In this document: piece by piece, positions 12,078 through 22,265 of the stretch
Position numbering within the stretch: the first letter of the stretch is position 1
How the letters are laid out: each line of letters starts with the position of its first letter
Program-made: the position numbers and the translations under genes
Origin: an uncultured delta proteobacterium
Lineage (GTDB): Bacteria; Myxococcota_A; Polyangia; Palsa-1104
Length of the DNA: 64,000 bases
Reading direction: 5' to 3'
Assembly: GCA_963785725.1 (NCBI GenBank)
Contig: CAWAWS010000003.1
Span: forward strand, 64,001 to 128,000
The notes under the pieces: model-generated
Databases searched by the model: none
Told to the model about the DNA's origin: nothing
Seen by the model: only the letters and a program-made list of their open reading frames with translations

Positions 12078-13723
12078 GCGGACCTAAAGAGCCGGCAGAT
12101 CCGCGTGACGAGGCAGCGGAAGCGTTCGGGCGGCGCGCCTATGATCACGATCCCGACGACGACGAGCGGCCGCCGGGGCCGGGTTTCGGCCGGCGCGACT
12201 ACGATCGGCCGCGCGCCGACGATCGCGAGACGCACGACGCGCACGGCCAGGTCGAGCGCGACCGCGACGGCACGCGCGACGACAGCCGCCGAAGCCACCG
12301 CGACGACAACGGCCACGACCGCGACGACAACGGCCATGACCGCGACGGCAAGCCGCCCGGCCAACGGCGGCAGACGCGCAGCTTTCGCGGCCTCGGCCTC
12401 GCGCTCGTCGTCCTCGTCTGCATCGGCGCGCTCGGCGCCGGCATCCTCTTCCTGCGCCACCATGCGCGGCTGACCAAGGAGCGGCAATCGCGCCACGACG
12501 TCGTCAGCCGCGGACCGCGCATCTTCTACGCCAAGGTCGACGAGCAGCCGGCCCAGCGCGAAATGACCGTCACCGCCGACGTGCGCGGCTTCTCGCAAGC
12601 GACGATCTACGCCAAGGTCTCCGGCTACGTCAAATCGATCGCGGTCGACAAAGGCGACAGCGTGCACGCCGGCCAGCTCATCGGCGTGCTCGAATCGCCC
12701 GAAGTCGACCAGCAAGTGGCCGCCGCCGAGGCCGATCTGATCATCAAGCGGCGCACCTTCGAGCGCTATCAAAAGCTCGTCGCCAAAGACTTCGTGTCGG
12801 CGCAGGACTTCGAGACGGCGCGCGCGCAATATGGCGTGTCCGAGGCGCTGTTGCGGCAGATGCGAGCGCTGCAGGCGTACGAGACGCTGCGCGCGCCGTT
12901 CGCGGGCACGATCACGGCCCGTTATGTCGACCCGGGCGCGCTCGTGCCGGCGGCGACCGGCTCGACGGAGAGCGCGCTGCCGATGGTCGATATCGCCGAT
13001 CTGCGCCGCCTGCGCATCACCGTCTTCGTGCAGCAGGACGCCGCGCCCTTCTTGCACGTCGGCGATCCGGTGACGATCACCGTCGACGAGCGGCCGGATC
13101 TGAAGATCAAAGCGGTCATCTCGCGCTTCACGCAGGCGCTCGATACGCGCTCGCGAATGATGTTGTGCGAAGTGTGGATCGACAATAAGGAGAACCTCTA
13201 TCCGGGAACGTTCGTGCACGTGAAGCTGACGCTGCAAGGGCGCAAGACGCCGCAAGTGCCGTCGTCGGCGCTGCTCCTGCACGACAACCAGCCGGCGGTG
13301 GGCGTGATTCGCGACGGCAAGGTGCACTTCGTCGGCGTGCAGCCCGGCGTCGACGATGGGCACCTCGTGCAAATCCTCGCGGGTTTGCAGCCGGGCGAGC
13401 AGGTGGCGCTCAGCTTGCCGGCGGAGATCCCCGACGGCGCGACGGTGCAGCCGGTCGAGCAGCAAAAGTCGCAGCAAGAGGGCCCGAAAGGCGCGGAAGC
13501 GGCACCCGTCGACAAGTCGGGGCCGCGGCAACAAGCGACCACGTCGGGCAGCGACAAAGACAAAGACAAGGACAAGAAGAACACTAAGAACGACACAGGC
13601 AGTGGTGACAAATCGCCGCAGCCGGGCGTTGAGAGTAGTGGTGACAAATCGCCGCAGCCTGCCGGCAAGGGCGGCGACAAGGCGAGCTCGCGCTCCAGCG
13701 GGAGCGATAAAGCCGGGCAATGA
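12074..13723 (+). CDS. RND periplasmic adaptor (membrane fusion protein) with low-complexity termini
   Basis: ATG at 12074 overlaps the permease stop; one TM helix; ATIYAKVSGYVKSIAVDKGDSVHAGQ; LRAPFAGTITAR. Confidence 0.88.
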   Translation: MSGPKEPADPRDEAAEAFGRRAYDHDPDDDERPPGPGFGRRDYDRPRADDRETHDAHGQVERDRDGTRDDSRRSHRDDNGHDRDDNGHDRDGKPPGQRRQTRSFRGLGLALVVLVCIGALGAGILFLRHHARLTKERQSRHDVVSRGPRIFYAKVDEQPAQREMTVTADVRGFSQATIYAKVSGYVKSIAVDKGDSVHAGQLIGVLESPEVDQQVAAAEADLIIKRRTFERYQKLVAKDFVSAQDFETARAQYGVSEALLRQMRALQAYETLRAPFAGTITARYVDPGALVPAATGSTESALPMVDIADLRRLRITVFVQQDAAPFLHVGDPVTITVDERPDLKIKAVISRFTQALDTRSRMMLCEVWIDNKENLYPGTFVHVKLTLQGRKTPQVPSSALLLHDNQPAVGVIRDGKVHFVGVQPGVDDGHLVQILAGLQPGEQVALSLPAEIPDGATVQPVEQQKSQQEGPKGAEAAPVDKSGPRQQATTSGSDKDKDKDKKNTKNDTGSGDKSPQPGVESSGDKSPQPAGKGGDKASSRSSGSDKAGQ

Positions 13724-15135
13724 CGATGCGCACGGCCGTCTTCTTGCTGCTGCTGGCGTCGCGTGCGGCCTTGGCCGACACCTTGACGCTCGATGACGCC
13801 GTGCGCATGGCGCGCGCGCACCATCCGACGGTCGACGCGCAGCGCGGGCAGGTCGTCGTCGCGCACGGCCGCCGCGAGCAGGCGCTGGCCAGGCTGCTGC
13901 CGTCGCTGCAAGGCAGCTTCGGCTATGTGCCGCAGACGTCGAACCTGGTGGCGACGCCGCAGCTGACGCGCGAGCTCATCACGGCGACGGGGCAAGATCA
14001 CGTCATCGATACGGGCGGCGTCGATACGCTCGTCACCTGCCGCACGCCGGGCGTGCGCAACTGCGTGCCGCTTCCGGCCATGGCGAACAGCTGGGCGCTG
14101 CAAAACTTCTGGACGATGCAGGTCGGCTTGTCGTGGACGCTCTTCGACTGGGGCACCTCCATTTACGGCTACAAGAGCGCGCGTCGCGTGGTGGCATCGG
14201 CGGAGGTCGGCGTGCACACGGCGCAGCGCAACGTCGTGCTCGACGCCAAGCTGGCGTTCTTCGCGGCGCTGGCGGCCGACGAGCAGCTCGTCGTGGCGCG
14301 CGACGCCGTGCAGACGTTCGGCGCGCACGTCGAGCAGACGCGCGCGTTTCACGACACCGGCCTGCGCACCGGCATCGACGTGGCGACGGTCGAGTCGGCG
14401 CTGGCCTCGGCCGGGTTCACGTTGGCGCGGGCGGTGGCGGCGCGCGAGACGGCGCGGGCGGCGCTGGCGTTGGCGCTGGGCGAGGACCATCCGCCCGAGT
14501 GGCAGCTCGTGGCCGAGGGCAACTTGTTCGACTTTCGCCCCGACGATCGCGAGCGCAGCATCACCAGCGACGACGCGCTGACCGACACGGCGCTGCGGCA
14601 GCGCACCGAGCTGATGGAGCTCAGGCTGCAGGAGACGAGCGCCGTCGATCTCGTCAAGGCCGCGCGCGGCGCCTATTTGCCGCAGCTGACGCTCAACGCC
14701 GGGCCGAGTTGGGCCGGTGGCAGCTTGGCCGAGCTGACGCCGAACGTGACGTTCACCATCGCCATCGGCTATCCGACCTACGGCATGAGCCCGCTCGCCG
14801 TCCACGGCCAAGTCCGCGAGGCCCAGGGCAACGTCGCCATCACGCGCGCGCAGGAGCGCGCCACCCGCGACGCCATTCGCCAGGACGTCGTCGACGGTCA
14901 CGCGCAGCTGGCGGCGTCGCGCGAGGAGATCATCGCGGCGCTGGCAGCGGTGCACGCGGCGGCGCGCCAACGGGAACTGGCCGAAGGGCGCTACCAAAAC
15001 GGCGTCGGCAACGTCATCGAGCTGCAGGACGCGCTCTTGGCCGACATCAACGCGCGCTTCCAGCTCGTGCAGGCGCGGCTCGACATCGCGTCGGCGCGGG
15101 CGCGACTGCAGCACGCGCTCGGCGAAGACAACTGA
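13720..15135 (+). CDS. TolC-family outer membrane efflux protein
   Basis: Signal peptide; LTLDDAVRMARAHHP; YLPQLTL; ELAEGRYQNGVGNVIELQDA; third gene of the pump operon. Confidence 0.88.
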   Translation: MTMRTAVFLLLLASRAALADTLTLDDAVRMARAHHPTVDAQRGQVVVAHGRREQALARLLPSLQGSFGYVPQTSNLVATPQLTRELITATGQDHVIDTGGVDTLVTCRTPGVRNCVPLPAMANSWALQNFWTMQVGLSWTLFDWGTSIYGYKSARRVVASAEVGVHTAQRNVVLDAKLAFFAALAADEQLVVARDAVQTFGAHVEQTRAFHDTGLRTGIDVATVESALASAGFTLARAVAARETARAALALALGEDHPPEWQLVAEGNLFDFRPDDRERSITSDDALTDTALRQRTELMELRLQETSAVDLVKAARGAYLPQLTLNAGPSWAGGSLAELTPNVTFTIAIGYPTYGMSPLAVHGQVREAQGNVAITRAQERATRDAIRQDVVDGHAQLAASREEIIAALAAVHAAARQRELAEGRYQNGVGNVIELQDALLADINARFQLVQARLDIASARARLQHALGEDN

Positions 15136-15281
15136 TGTGACGGTCGCTGAGCGAGATGCCGTGCTAATTCGGCTTCGGCCCGTCGGGCGATTCGAAGGTC
15201 ATTACGACGCCGACATTCTCGATTACGCGCCACTGATTGCGCTCAGTTTCGTCACGCGCGCCGCAATGATATCGTTCGCGC

Positions 15282-15611
15282 ATGAGCCATTATCACGACA
15301 GCGATGATTTGAAGCTCCTGGCCGACCTCAAGAAGCTGGCGCCCAACGACTTCGACGGCTTCGTCAAGCTCGACGCCACCGTCGGCCGCACCGGCGGCGC
15401 GATCCCCGTCAAATATCGCGAATTGATGGCGCTCGCCGTCGCCTGTACGACGCAGTGCCCGTATTGCCTCGATGTGCACACGCGCAAGGCGAAGCTGGCC
15501 GGCGCGACGCGCGAAGAAGTGGCCGAGACGGTGTTCATCACCGCCGCCATGCGCGCCGGCGCCGCCGTGACGCACGGCGCGCTCGCGCTCAAGCTCTTCG
15601 ATCGCGAATAG
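15282..15611 (+). CDS. Carboxymuconolactone decarboxylase/AhpD-like protein
   Basis: IPVKYRELMALAVACTTQCPYCLDVH (CxxC); GATREEVAE. Confidence 0.9.
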   Translation: MSHYHDSDDLKLLADLKKLAPNDFDGFVKLDATVGRTGGAIPVKYRELMALAVACTTQCPYCLDVHTRKAKLAGATREEVAETVFITAAMRAGAAVTHGALALKLFDRE

Positions 15612-16026
15612 CGGCCTCGGCTTCGTGCCGACGCGGCGATTGCAATCGCTACTGTCGGGATTGCCAATACGAGACTGAAGGCGTCGCCGGAATCGTTAGT
15701 GCGACACGGATTGAGGCAGTCCGGCTGTCGTCAAGCAGCTTGACCATCGTCGTCAAGCTTCTTGACTATCGATACTGAAGTGGTTGCTTCAGTATCGCCG
15801 TGCCGGTGCCGCTGGCGCCGGCGACCTCGGCGCATCATAGCGGCAAGCGCGCGAAGGGCCGCGCCGGCGACGCGAGCTTGACGTAGGCGGCTGCGTACTC
15901 GCCGTTACATCTGCGCCTGTCCACCGTCGTGTTACACGCGGAGCCGTCGGTCCTCGTTTCCGTCGCGGCAACTCCGCGCCGAGCGTCGCAGGCGGCGTCG
16001 GCATAGTCCCTGCTCACTGTCGGCGC

Positions 16027-16973
16027 ATGCATCGCAGGCTCGTGGGGCTCTTCGGCTGCGCGACCGCGCTCGTCCTCGTCGGTTGCGGCGGCAGCGCGGA
16101 CATGGGGTCGGCGGCCGGTGGCAGCGGCAGCGCCGGCGGCGCGAGCGCGGCCGGCGGCAACGGCGCGGCCGGCGGCAGCGGCAGCGCCGGCGGCGACATG
16201 AGCGGGCCGACGAGCGACGGCGGCGCCGCGAGCGACGACGGCGGCATGAGCGGCGACGACGGCGGTCCCAAAGCGCTCGATCCGACGGTGGCGCCGGGCG
16301 GCAACTTCAACTTGACCGTATGGGAGCTGCAGGAACCGTATGGATCGCCGGGCGCGCCGACGACGTACACCTCCGCCCAGCTCGAAGGACCGACCGGGCT
16401 GAACGACGCCTACTTCTATACCGACAAGACCGATGGCTCGATGATGTTTTGGGATCCCGAGAACGGGGTGACGACGCCCAACTCGATGTATCCGCGCTCG
16501 GAGCTGCGCGAGATGACGGCGACGGGCGCGGCCGCCAATTGGGCCATCGCCGGGACGCATACGCTGTCGGCGACCTTGAAGATAGTCAAGGTGCCTGACC
16601 ATGTCGCGGTCGGGCAGATCCACCTCGGCACCGGAACGCCGGCGTCGACGAAGCCGCTGCTCGAGCTCTATTATTATGCGAACGGCGATATCAAGATCGG
16701 CATCGAGACGTCGCCGGCCGGCGGCGACGAGCCGCAGACCAGGTCGGCAGCGTGGCGCTGGGCACGCAGTGGAGCTACGTCATCGGGCTGTCGGGCGACG
16801 ATATTACGCTGACGATCAATGGCGGCGCCGTGCAAAAGTTCACGATGGATTCGTCCTTCAACGCCGAGAATATGTACTTCAAGGCCGGCGACTACGATCA
16901 GTCGGTGGGCACCGATGCCACGGTGGGCGCGCAAGTGCAGTTCTACGCCTTGACGGTGTTTCACGGGCCGTAG
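16027..16973 (+). CDS. Polysaccharide lyase family 7 (alginate lyase-like) lipoprotein, one frameshift near 16740
   Basis: PL7 motifs YPRSELRE and GQIH in ORF 16027..16812; YFKAGDYDQS in ORF 16752..16973; lipobox LVGC. Confidence 0.85.
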
Positions 16974-17040
16974 CCCGCCAGCGCGTTGACGTCGCGCGGC
17001 CGACCGTGCGCGCGCGATTCGCGTTAACGTCGTCGGCACC

Positions 17041-17814
17041 ATGGACCTGGAGCTGACGCGGAAGACGGCGATCGTGACGGGCGCGAGCCGCGGAATCGGG
17101 CGCGCCATCGCGCTCGCGCTCGCCAAAGAGGGCATGCGGCTGGTGTTGACGGCGCGCGATGCGCTGGCGCTCGCGGACGTGGCCGACGCGGCGGGCGGCG
17201 ACGTCCTCGTGCAGGCGTGCGACCTGCGCGCGCCGGACGCGCCGGCGGCCGTCGTCGCCGCGGCGGTCGCGCGCTTCGGCGGCGTCGACCTCGTCGTCAA
17301 CAACGCCGGCGCCACCAAGCGCGGCGACTTCTTCGCGCTCACCGATGAAGACTTCGTCGACGGGTTCGCGCTCAAATACTTCGCGCACGTGCGACTGTTG
17401 CGGGCGGCGTGGCCGTGGCTCGTGCGATCGGCCGGCTGCGTCGTGCAGGTCGTCGGAGTCGGCGGCCGAACGCCGGGCGCGGAGTTTGCGATCGGCGGCT
17501 CGGTCAATGCGGCGCTGATGGCCCTGACGAAGACGATGGCGGCGCGCGGAATGACGGACGGCGTGCGCGTCTGCGCGGTCAACCCCGGCAGCATCGCCAC
17601 CGAGCGGCTCGAGCGGCGCATCGCGGCGCTCGCGGCCGAGCGCGGCGTCGATCGCGATGGCGCGGCGGCGGCGCTGGCGGAGTCGCTCGGGGTCACGCGC
17701 TTCGGCACGCCGGCGGAGATCGCGGCGGTCGTGGCGTTTCTGGCGTCGCCGCGCGCGTCGTTCGTGCAGGGCGCCATCGTCGACGTCGATGGCGGAGCGA
17801 CGCGGACGCTGTAG
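17041..17814 (+). CDS. SDR-family oxidoreductase
   Basis: TGASRGIG, VNNAG, NPGSIAT, VDGG. Confidence 0.9.
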   Translation: MDLELTRKTAIVTGASRGIGRAIALALAKEGMRLVLTARDALALADVADAAGGDVLVQACDLRAPDAPAAVVAAAVARFGGVDLVVNNAGATKRGDFFALTDEDFVDGFALKYFAHVRLLRAAWPWLVRSAGCVVQVVGVGGRTPGAEFAIGGSVNAALMALTKTMAARGMTDGVRVCAVNPGSIATERLERRIAALAAERGVDRDGAAAALAESLGVTRFGTPAEIAAVVAFLASPRASFVQGAIVDVDGGATRTL

Positions 17815-17905
17815 CTCGAGGCGCCGAACGCCGCGCGTGCCTCGCGTTTCGGTGGCGCACTTCCGTCGCGCGCGCCGCAGCTTAGATTTCACGAAGGAGG
17901 CTCAC

Positions 17906-18172
17906 ATGCGCGCGATCCTCGCCGCCCTCTTCGTGCTCGTCTGCTGCGGCGTAGCCTTCGCCGGCGAGCCGTTGCCCGTCGGCAGCCAATGCGGCGCGCG
18001 CGACAAATGCACGAAGGACGCCGCCTGCCGCGACGGCCACTGCATGCAAGTCCGCAACATCCCCGCCGGTGGCCACTGCGAGCCGGCGCTCGGCACGACC
18101 TGCGCCGACGGCCTCGCCTGCTGCGAGCTGACGTGCGCCAAACCCGGCTCCGGCGCCGGCTGCGCGCGCTGA
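17906..18172 (+). CDS. Small secreted Cys-rich protein
   Basis: SD AAGGAGG, signal peptide MRAILAALFVLVCCGVAFA, about 10 Cys in the mature part. Confidence 0.65.
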   Translation: MRAILAALFVLVCCGVAFAGEPLPVGSQCGARDKCTKDAACRDGHCMQVRNIPAGGHCEPALGTTCADGLACCELTCAKPGSGAGCAR

Positions 18173-18355
18173 CGCCGCGCCGGCGACAGCTCCGTCACGC
18201 GTGGCTGCTGCTTTTGGGGGCGCGCCTGGGTGCCAAGCGCGTGCGCCCGCGATAAACCATGGATCGGCGTGCCTGACTAAAAGATGGCCGATTCCGACGG
18301 AGCGGCCTCGCGAGCGGGCACAGCCCGCCCTCGCGAGCCCGCCATGCCGTAGACC

Positions 18356-18477
18356 GCCGCCACGCTCGCCGCGTCAGCCGCCACGCTCGTCGCGTCAGCC
18401 GCCCCGCTCGTCGCGTCAGCCGCCCCGCTCGTCGCGTCAGCCGCCCCGCTCGTCGCGCCAGCCGCCACGCTCGTCGC
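18356..18477. repeat. 21-bp tandem repeat (GCCGCC[A/C]CGCTCGTCGCGTCA), about 6 copies
   Basis: Directly visible intergenic array upstream of the P450 gene. Confidence 0.9.
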
Positions 18478-18517
18478 CGCACTAGAACTTGTGTCATTCC
18501 CCGCCGACGTTGCTACG

Positions 18518-19861
18518 ATGCCGCCGATGATCCTCAACCCGCTGCGCCGGCGCGTCCGCCACCGTCACGGCTTTCCCGTCATGCCCGGCGGCTTCCCCGT
18601 CGTCGGCCACATGCCCGCCGTCGCCACCGGCTACCTGCAGCTCGTCCGCGCCGCCGAAGCCCGGTTCGGCAAGTTCTTCTGGCTCGAAGGCGTCCTCGGC
18701 TCGACGCAGCTCAACTGCCTCGACCCCGACGTCTTCACCATCTTCAAGAACAAGCTGACGACCTCGACCTACTTGCAGACGCTGTTCGCCGAGCTGTTCG
18801 GCGGCTCGCTCATCGCCCAAGACGGCCCGCCGCATCATCACATGCGCTCGGCCATGAACCTGCCCTTCTTGCCGCGCGGCCTCACGGCGTCCGAGGTCGG
18901 CCCGATGGTCGCCGAGACGATCGAGCGCCGCGTCGCGACCTGGCCCACGCGCGGCGACGTGCAGATCCTGGCCGAGACGCGCGAGATGGTCTTGGCCGTC
19001 ATGTTTCGCCTCTTGGGCGTGGCCGAGACCGAGCTGTCGGCGTGGCGGCAGCATTACGAGGAGTTCATGCTCCTCGCCGTCAACCTTCCGTTCGACCTGC
19101 CCTACTCACCGCGTCGCCGCGGCTTGAAGGCGCGCGAATGGCTCGACGAGCGGCTCCTCAAGTTCATCCGCGCCGCGCGCGCCAACCCCGACGGGCACGG
19201 CCTCCTGCCCGCGCTCGTGCAAGCGCGCGACGAAGAGGGGCAGCCGCTGACCGAGCGCGAGCTCGTCGACAACTTGCGGCTGCTCGTGCTCGCCGGCCAC
19301 GAGACCTCGGCGTCGACGATGGCGTGGATGACCATCAAGCTCGCCCAGCGCCCCGACGTCTGGGACAAGCTGTGCGCCGAAGTCGCCGCCGTCGGCGCCG
19401 CGCCGCGCACGCCCAAAGAATTGCGCAATTTCCCCTACGCCGAAGCCATCTTCCGTGAGTCGCTGCGGCTGCATCCGCCGGTGTCGAGCGACGCGCGCCG
19501 CACGCTCGTCGCGCTCGAGCTCGGCGGTCGCACGATCCCCGCCGGCGAGATGATCACCATCTCGATCATGCATTTGTCGCGGCATCCGTCGCTGTACGAG
19601 CGGCCGGACGAGTTCATGCCCGAGCGCTGGATCGGCCGCAACGAAGCCATCAGCCCCATCGAGCTCGTGCAGTTCGGCGGCGGTCCCCACTTCTGTCTCG
19701 GCTATCACCTGGCGTGGATGGAGATCGTGCAATACGTCGTGGCGCTGGCGACGGTGATGCGCCGTCGCAACCTGCAGCCGCGCCTGACCGGCGCGCCGCC
19801 CGCCGCGCGCTATCTGCCGCTGCACCATCCGGCGCCGTCGACGCACATCGCGTTCGCCTGA
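18518..19861 (+). CDS. Cytochrome P450
   Basis: I-helix AGHETS, ExxR (ESLR), PERW, heme motif FGGGPHFCLG. Confidence 0.95.
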   Translation: MPPMILNPLRRRVRHRHGFPVMPGGFPVVGHMPAVATGYLQLVRAAEARFGKFFWLEGVLGSTQLNCLDPDVFTIFKNKLTTSTYLQTLFAELFGGSLIAQDGPPHHHMRSAMNLPFLPRGLTASEVGPMVAETIERRVATWPTRGDVQILAETREMVLAVMFRLLGVAETELSAWRQHYEEFMLLAVNLPFDLPYSPRRRGLKAREWLDERLLKFIRAARANPDGHGLLPALVQARDEEGQPLTERELVDNLRLLVLAGHETSASTMAWMTIKLAQRPDVWDKLCAEVAAVGAAPRTPKELRNFPYAEAIFRESLRLHPPVSSDARRTLVALELGGRTIPAGEMITISIMHLSRHPSLYERPDEFMPERWIGRNEAISPIELVQFGGGPHFCLGYHLAWMEIVQYVVALATVMRRRNLQPRLTGAPPAARYLPLHHPAPSTHIAFA

Positions 19862-19936
19862 CGACGCCGCCGAGCGCCAGGCGCCGCCGCACCGCGCACC
19901 CGTTCAGCGCGCGCGACGTCACGCCCCAGCGACGCG

Positions 19937-20707
19937 TCACGGCAGCGCGACGCCGCTGACCTCGGCGCAATAGGCCACGAGCGCGTCCTGCAGCCGGCGA
20001 TCGTGCACCGCCGCGTGCGTCTCCTGCAGTCGCTGGTGAAAGAAATATTGCCCGCTCACCGTCGCGGCCGCGTCGTCGCTGACGGCGAGCCACGCCTGCG
20101 TCACCGCGCCCAGCGCCAGGTCGTCGGGCGCGCCGCGGCCGCCCATCTTCGTCGGCACCCAGCCCGGCTCGAGCGCGTTGACGAGCGCGCCGGGCCAGCG
20201 CCGCGCCACGGCGAACGCCAACACGACGTCGTAGAGCTTACTGTTGGCATACGCTTGCGAGCCGTTCCAGGCGCGCGTCTTCCACTCGGGGTCGCGCACG
20301 TTGGCCTCGCCGCCGCGATGCATGCCCGAGCTCACGTAGACGAGCCGCCGCGGCCGCTGCATCAGCGCCGTCAACACATAGGGCGCCACGACATTGATGG
20401 CGAACAGCCGCTCGAGGCCATCCTCGGTCTGCACGCGCCGCGGCTCGCGATAGCCGACGGCCACGTTGTGCACGACCGCGTCGAAGGTGCCGATGGCGTT
20501 GGCCTGCGCGGCGACGTCGCGCATCGCCGCCAGCGTCGCCACGTCGCCGACGACGACGTGCTCGGCCGCCGGCAGCCGCGCCTTGGCGTCGGCGGCGCGC
20601 GCGGCATTGCGCGCATGCAGCGTCACGCGATGGCCGTCGGCGGCCAGCCGCTCGGCCGTCATCAGGCCCAATCCATCGCTCGATCCGGTGACGAGAATTC
20701 GCGCCAT
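19937..20707 (-). CDS. SDR-family oxidoreductase
   Basis: TGSSDGLG; YxxxK (YANSK); PGWVPTKMGG. Confidence 0.9.
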   Translation of the reverse strand: MARILVTGSSDGLGLMTAERLAADGHRVTLHARNAARAADAKARLPAAEHVVVGDVATLAAMRDVAAQANAIGTFDAVVHNVAVGYREPRRVQTEDGLERLFAINVVAPYVLTALMQRPRRLVYVSSGMHRGGEANVRDPEWKTRAWNGSQAYANSKLYDVVLAFAVARRWPGALVNALEPGWVPTKMGGRGAPDDLALGAVTQAWLAVSDDAAATVSGQYFFHQRLQETHAAVHDRRLQDALVAYCAEVSGVALP

Positions 20708-20938
20708 GCCCGCTCCCTTCGTCGACTTCGAGCCGCCACGAACGACCGCTCGCGACGTGCAGTATGCGTCGCGCCCGTCGCGCCGGCGACTGCCGCGCGG
20801 TCATGACGACGATGCCGCGCCGTCATGCCCTCCGGGATTCGATCGTCATGGGCGAACGCGCCGCCTGCACAATTTCTGTAACGCCGGCGCCGATCGCGCG
20901 ATTGGCGCGGCGCGCGCCTGGTCGGCTAGGCTGACCCC

Positions 20939-21382
20939 ATGCTGCTGAGCGCGTCCAATCCCACGTTCGTCTACTACGCCGTCACGGTGCTCCTCATGAG
21001 CAGCTTGCTCATTTTCTTGTGGGCCTACAGCGGCGCGGTGCGCGGCAAGACCAAGACCGCCATGAACCCCGAAGACGGCCGCGCGTACGGCGCGCCCGTC
21101 GTCGCGCTCGACCCGCCCGAAGTCGCCCGCGTCTTGCGCGCGCACGCCAACGCGCAGGCCAACATCATCCCCTTCTTGCTGATCGGCTTCGTCTTCGTCG
21201 CGCTCGGCGGCGGCTCGACGATGGGCGCGGTCGTCTTCGGCGCGTTCGTGCTCTGTCGCTTCGCCCACGCGGCCGTCTATCTCGCCGGCAAGCAGCCCTG
21301 GCGCACGCTCTCGTTCGTCCTCGGCGGCGTCGTCACCATGGTCCTCGTCGGCGACGTCATCCACCTCTTGATGAGCCGCTGA
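20939..21382 (+). CDS. MAPEG-family membrane protein
   Basis: NPED...RVLRAHANAQANIIPF; RFAHAAVY; four hydrophobic segments. Confidence 0.85.
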   Translation: MLLSASNPTFVYYAVTVLLMSSLLIFLWAYSGAVRGKTKTAMNPEDGRAYGAPVVALDPPEVARVLRAHANAQANIIPFLLIGFVFVALGGGSTMGAVVFGAFVLCRFAHAAVYLAGKQPWRTLSFVLGGVVTMVLVGDVIHLLMSR

Positions 21383-21383
21383 C

Positions 21384-21746
21384 ATGGTGACGCGAACGCT
21401 GTATGTCATCGCCGTCCCCGACCTCGAGCGCAGCGCGGCGTTTTACCGCGACGTGCTCGGCTTCACCGTCGAGACGATGGGCGATCCCGGCTGGCGCATG
21501 CTCGTCCACGGCGCCTGTCGCATCATGGCCGGCGAGTGCCCCGACGCGCTGCCGCCGCGCGAGCTCGGCGACCACTCGTACTTCGCCTACCTCGTCGTCG
21601 ACGACGTCGCCGCCTGGTGGGCGCGCGTCGCCGGCCGCGCCGAGATCGGCAAGCCGCTCACCGACGAGCCCTGGGGAATGCGCGAGTTCGGCCTGCGCAC
21701 GAGCGACGGCCACCGCCTCATGATCGGCCAGCCGCTGCCCGCGTAG
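21384..21746 (+). CDS. VOC/glyoxalase-family protein
   Basis: IAVPDLERSAAFYRDVLGF; EPWGMREFGLRTSDGHRL. Confidence 0.88.
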   Translation: MVTRTLYVIAVPDLERSAAFYRDVLGFTVETMGDPGWRMLVHGACRIMAGECPDALPPRELGDHSYFAYLVVDDVAAWWARVAGRAEIGKPLTDEPWGMREFGLRTSDGHRLMIGQPLPA

Positions 21747-21759
21747 CCGCGCCCGGCTT

Positions 21760-22038
21760 TCAGCGCGTCAGCCGCGCCTCGCGCATTTGCCAGCGCGCCT
21801 TGGCCTTGTCGCGTTCGCCCTCGCGCGTCCGCACGCTGCCGCGCGCCGGCAGCGCCGCCAAGAGGCGCTCGGTCGTCGCCGCGATCTCGTCGACGGCGCG
21901 GGCGATGGCCGCTTCATCCGCCGCCGCCGGCTTGCCGATACCTCCTACTTTGCGCACGTATTGCAGCGCCGCGGCGCGGATCTCTTCCGGTGTCGTCGGG
22001 GGCGCGAAGTTGTGCAAGACGCGAATGTTGCGACACAT
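21760..22038 (-). CDS. DUF2277-like small protein
   Basis: MCRNIRVLHNFAPPTTPEEIRAAALQYVRKVGG matches my recollection of this family's N-terminus. Confidence 0.75.
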   Translation of the reverse strand: MCRNIRVLHNFAPPTTPEEIRAAALQYVRKVGGIGKPAAADEAAIARAVDEIAATTERLLAALPARGSVRTREGERDKAKARWQMREARLTR

Positions 22039-22265
22039 CCCGCAAGCATAATCGATAATCGCGTGACCGCCGCCGCCGGCGCCGCGCGTCAATCCTACAT
22101 CGTCACCGAGCGCGCACCGTCACCTCCGCGCCACGCCATCTTCCGCGACAGCGACGCCAAAAACGCCGCGCATCTCGTCCTACGCGCCAACGATCGATCT
22201 CCGTCGCCCGCATCAGCGTAAGGATTGGGTGTATCGTCAGGGGCGCTGAACTTTTAGGAGTCACG

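Noticed and set aside
13601..13659. 23-bp direct repeat and KD-rich run in the adaptor gene tail
   Set aside because: An in-frame low-complexity tail (SGDKSPQP x2), ordinary for disordered termini.
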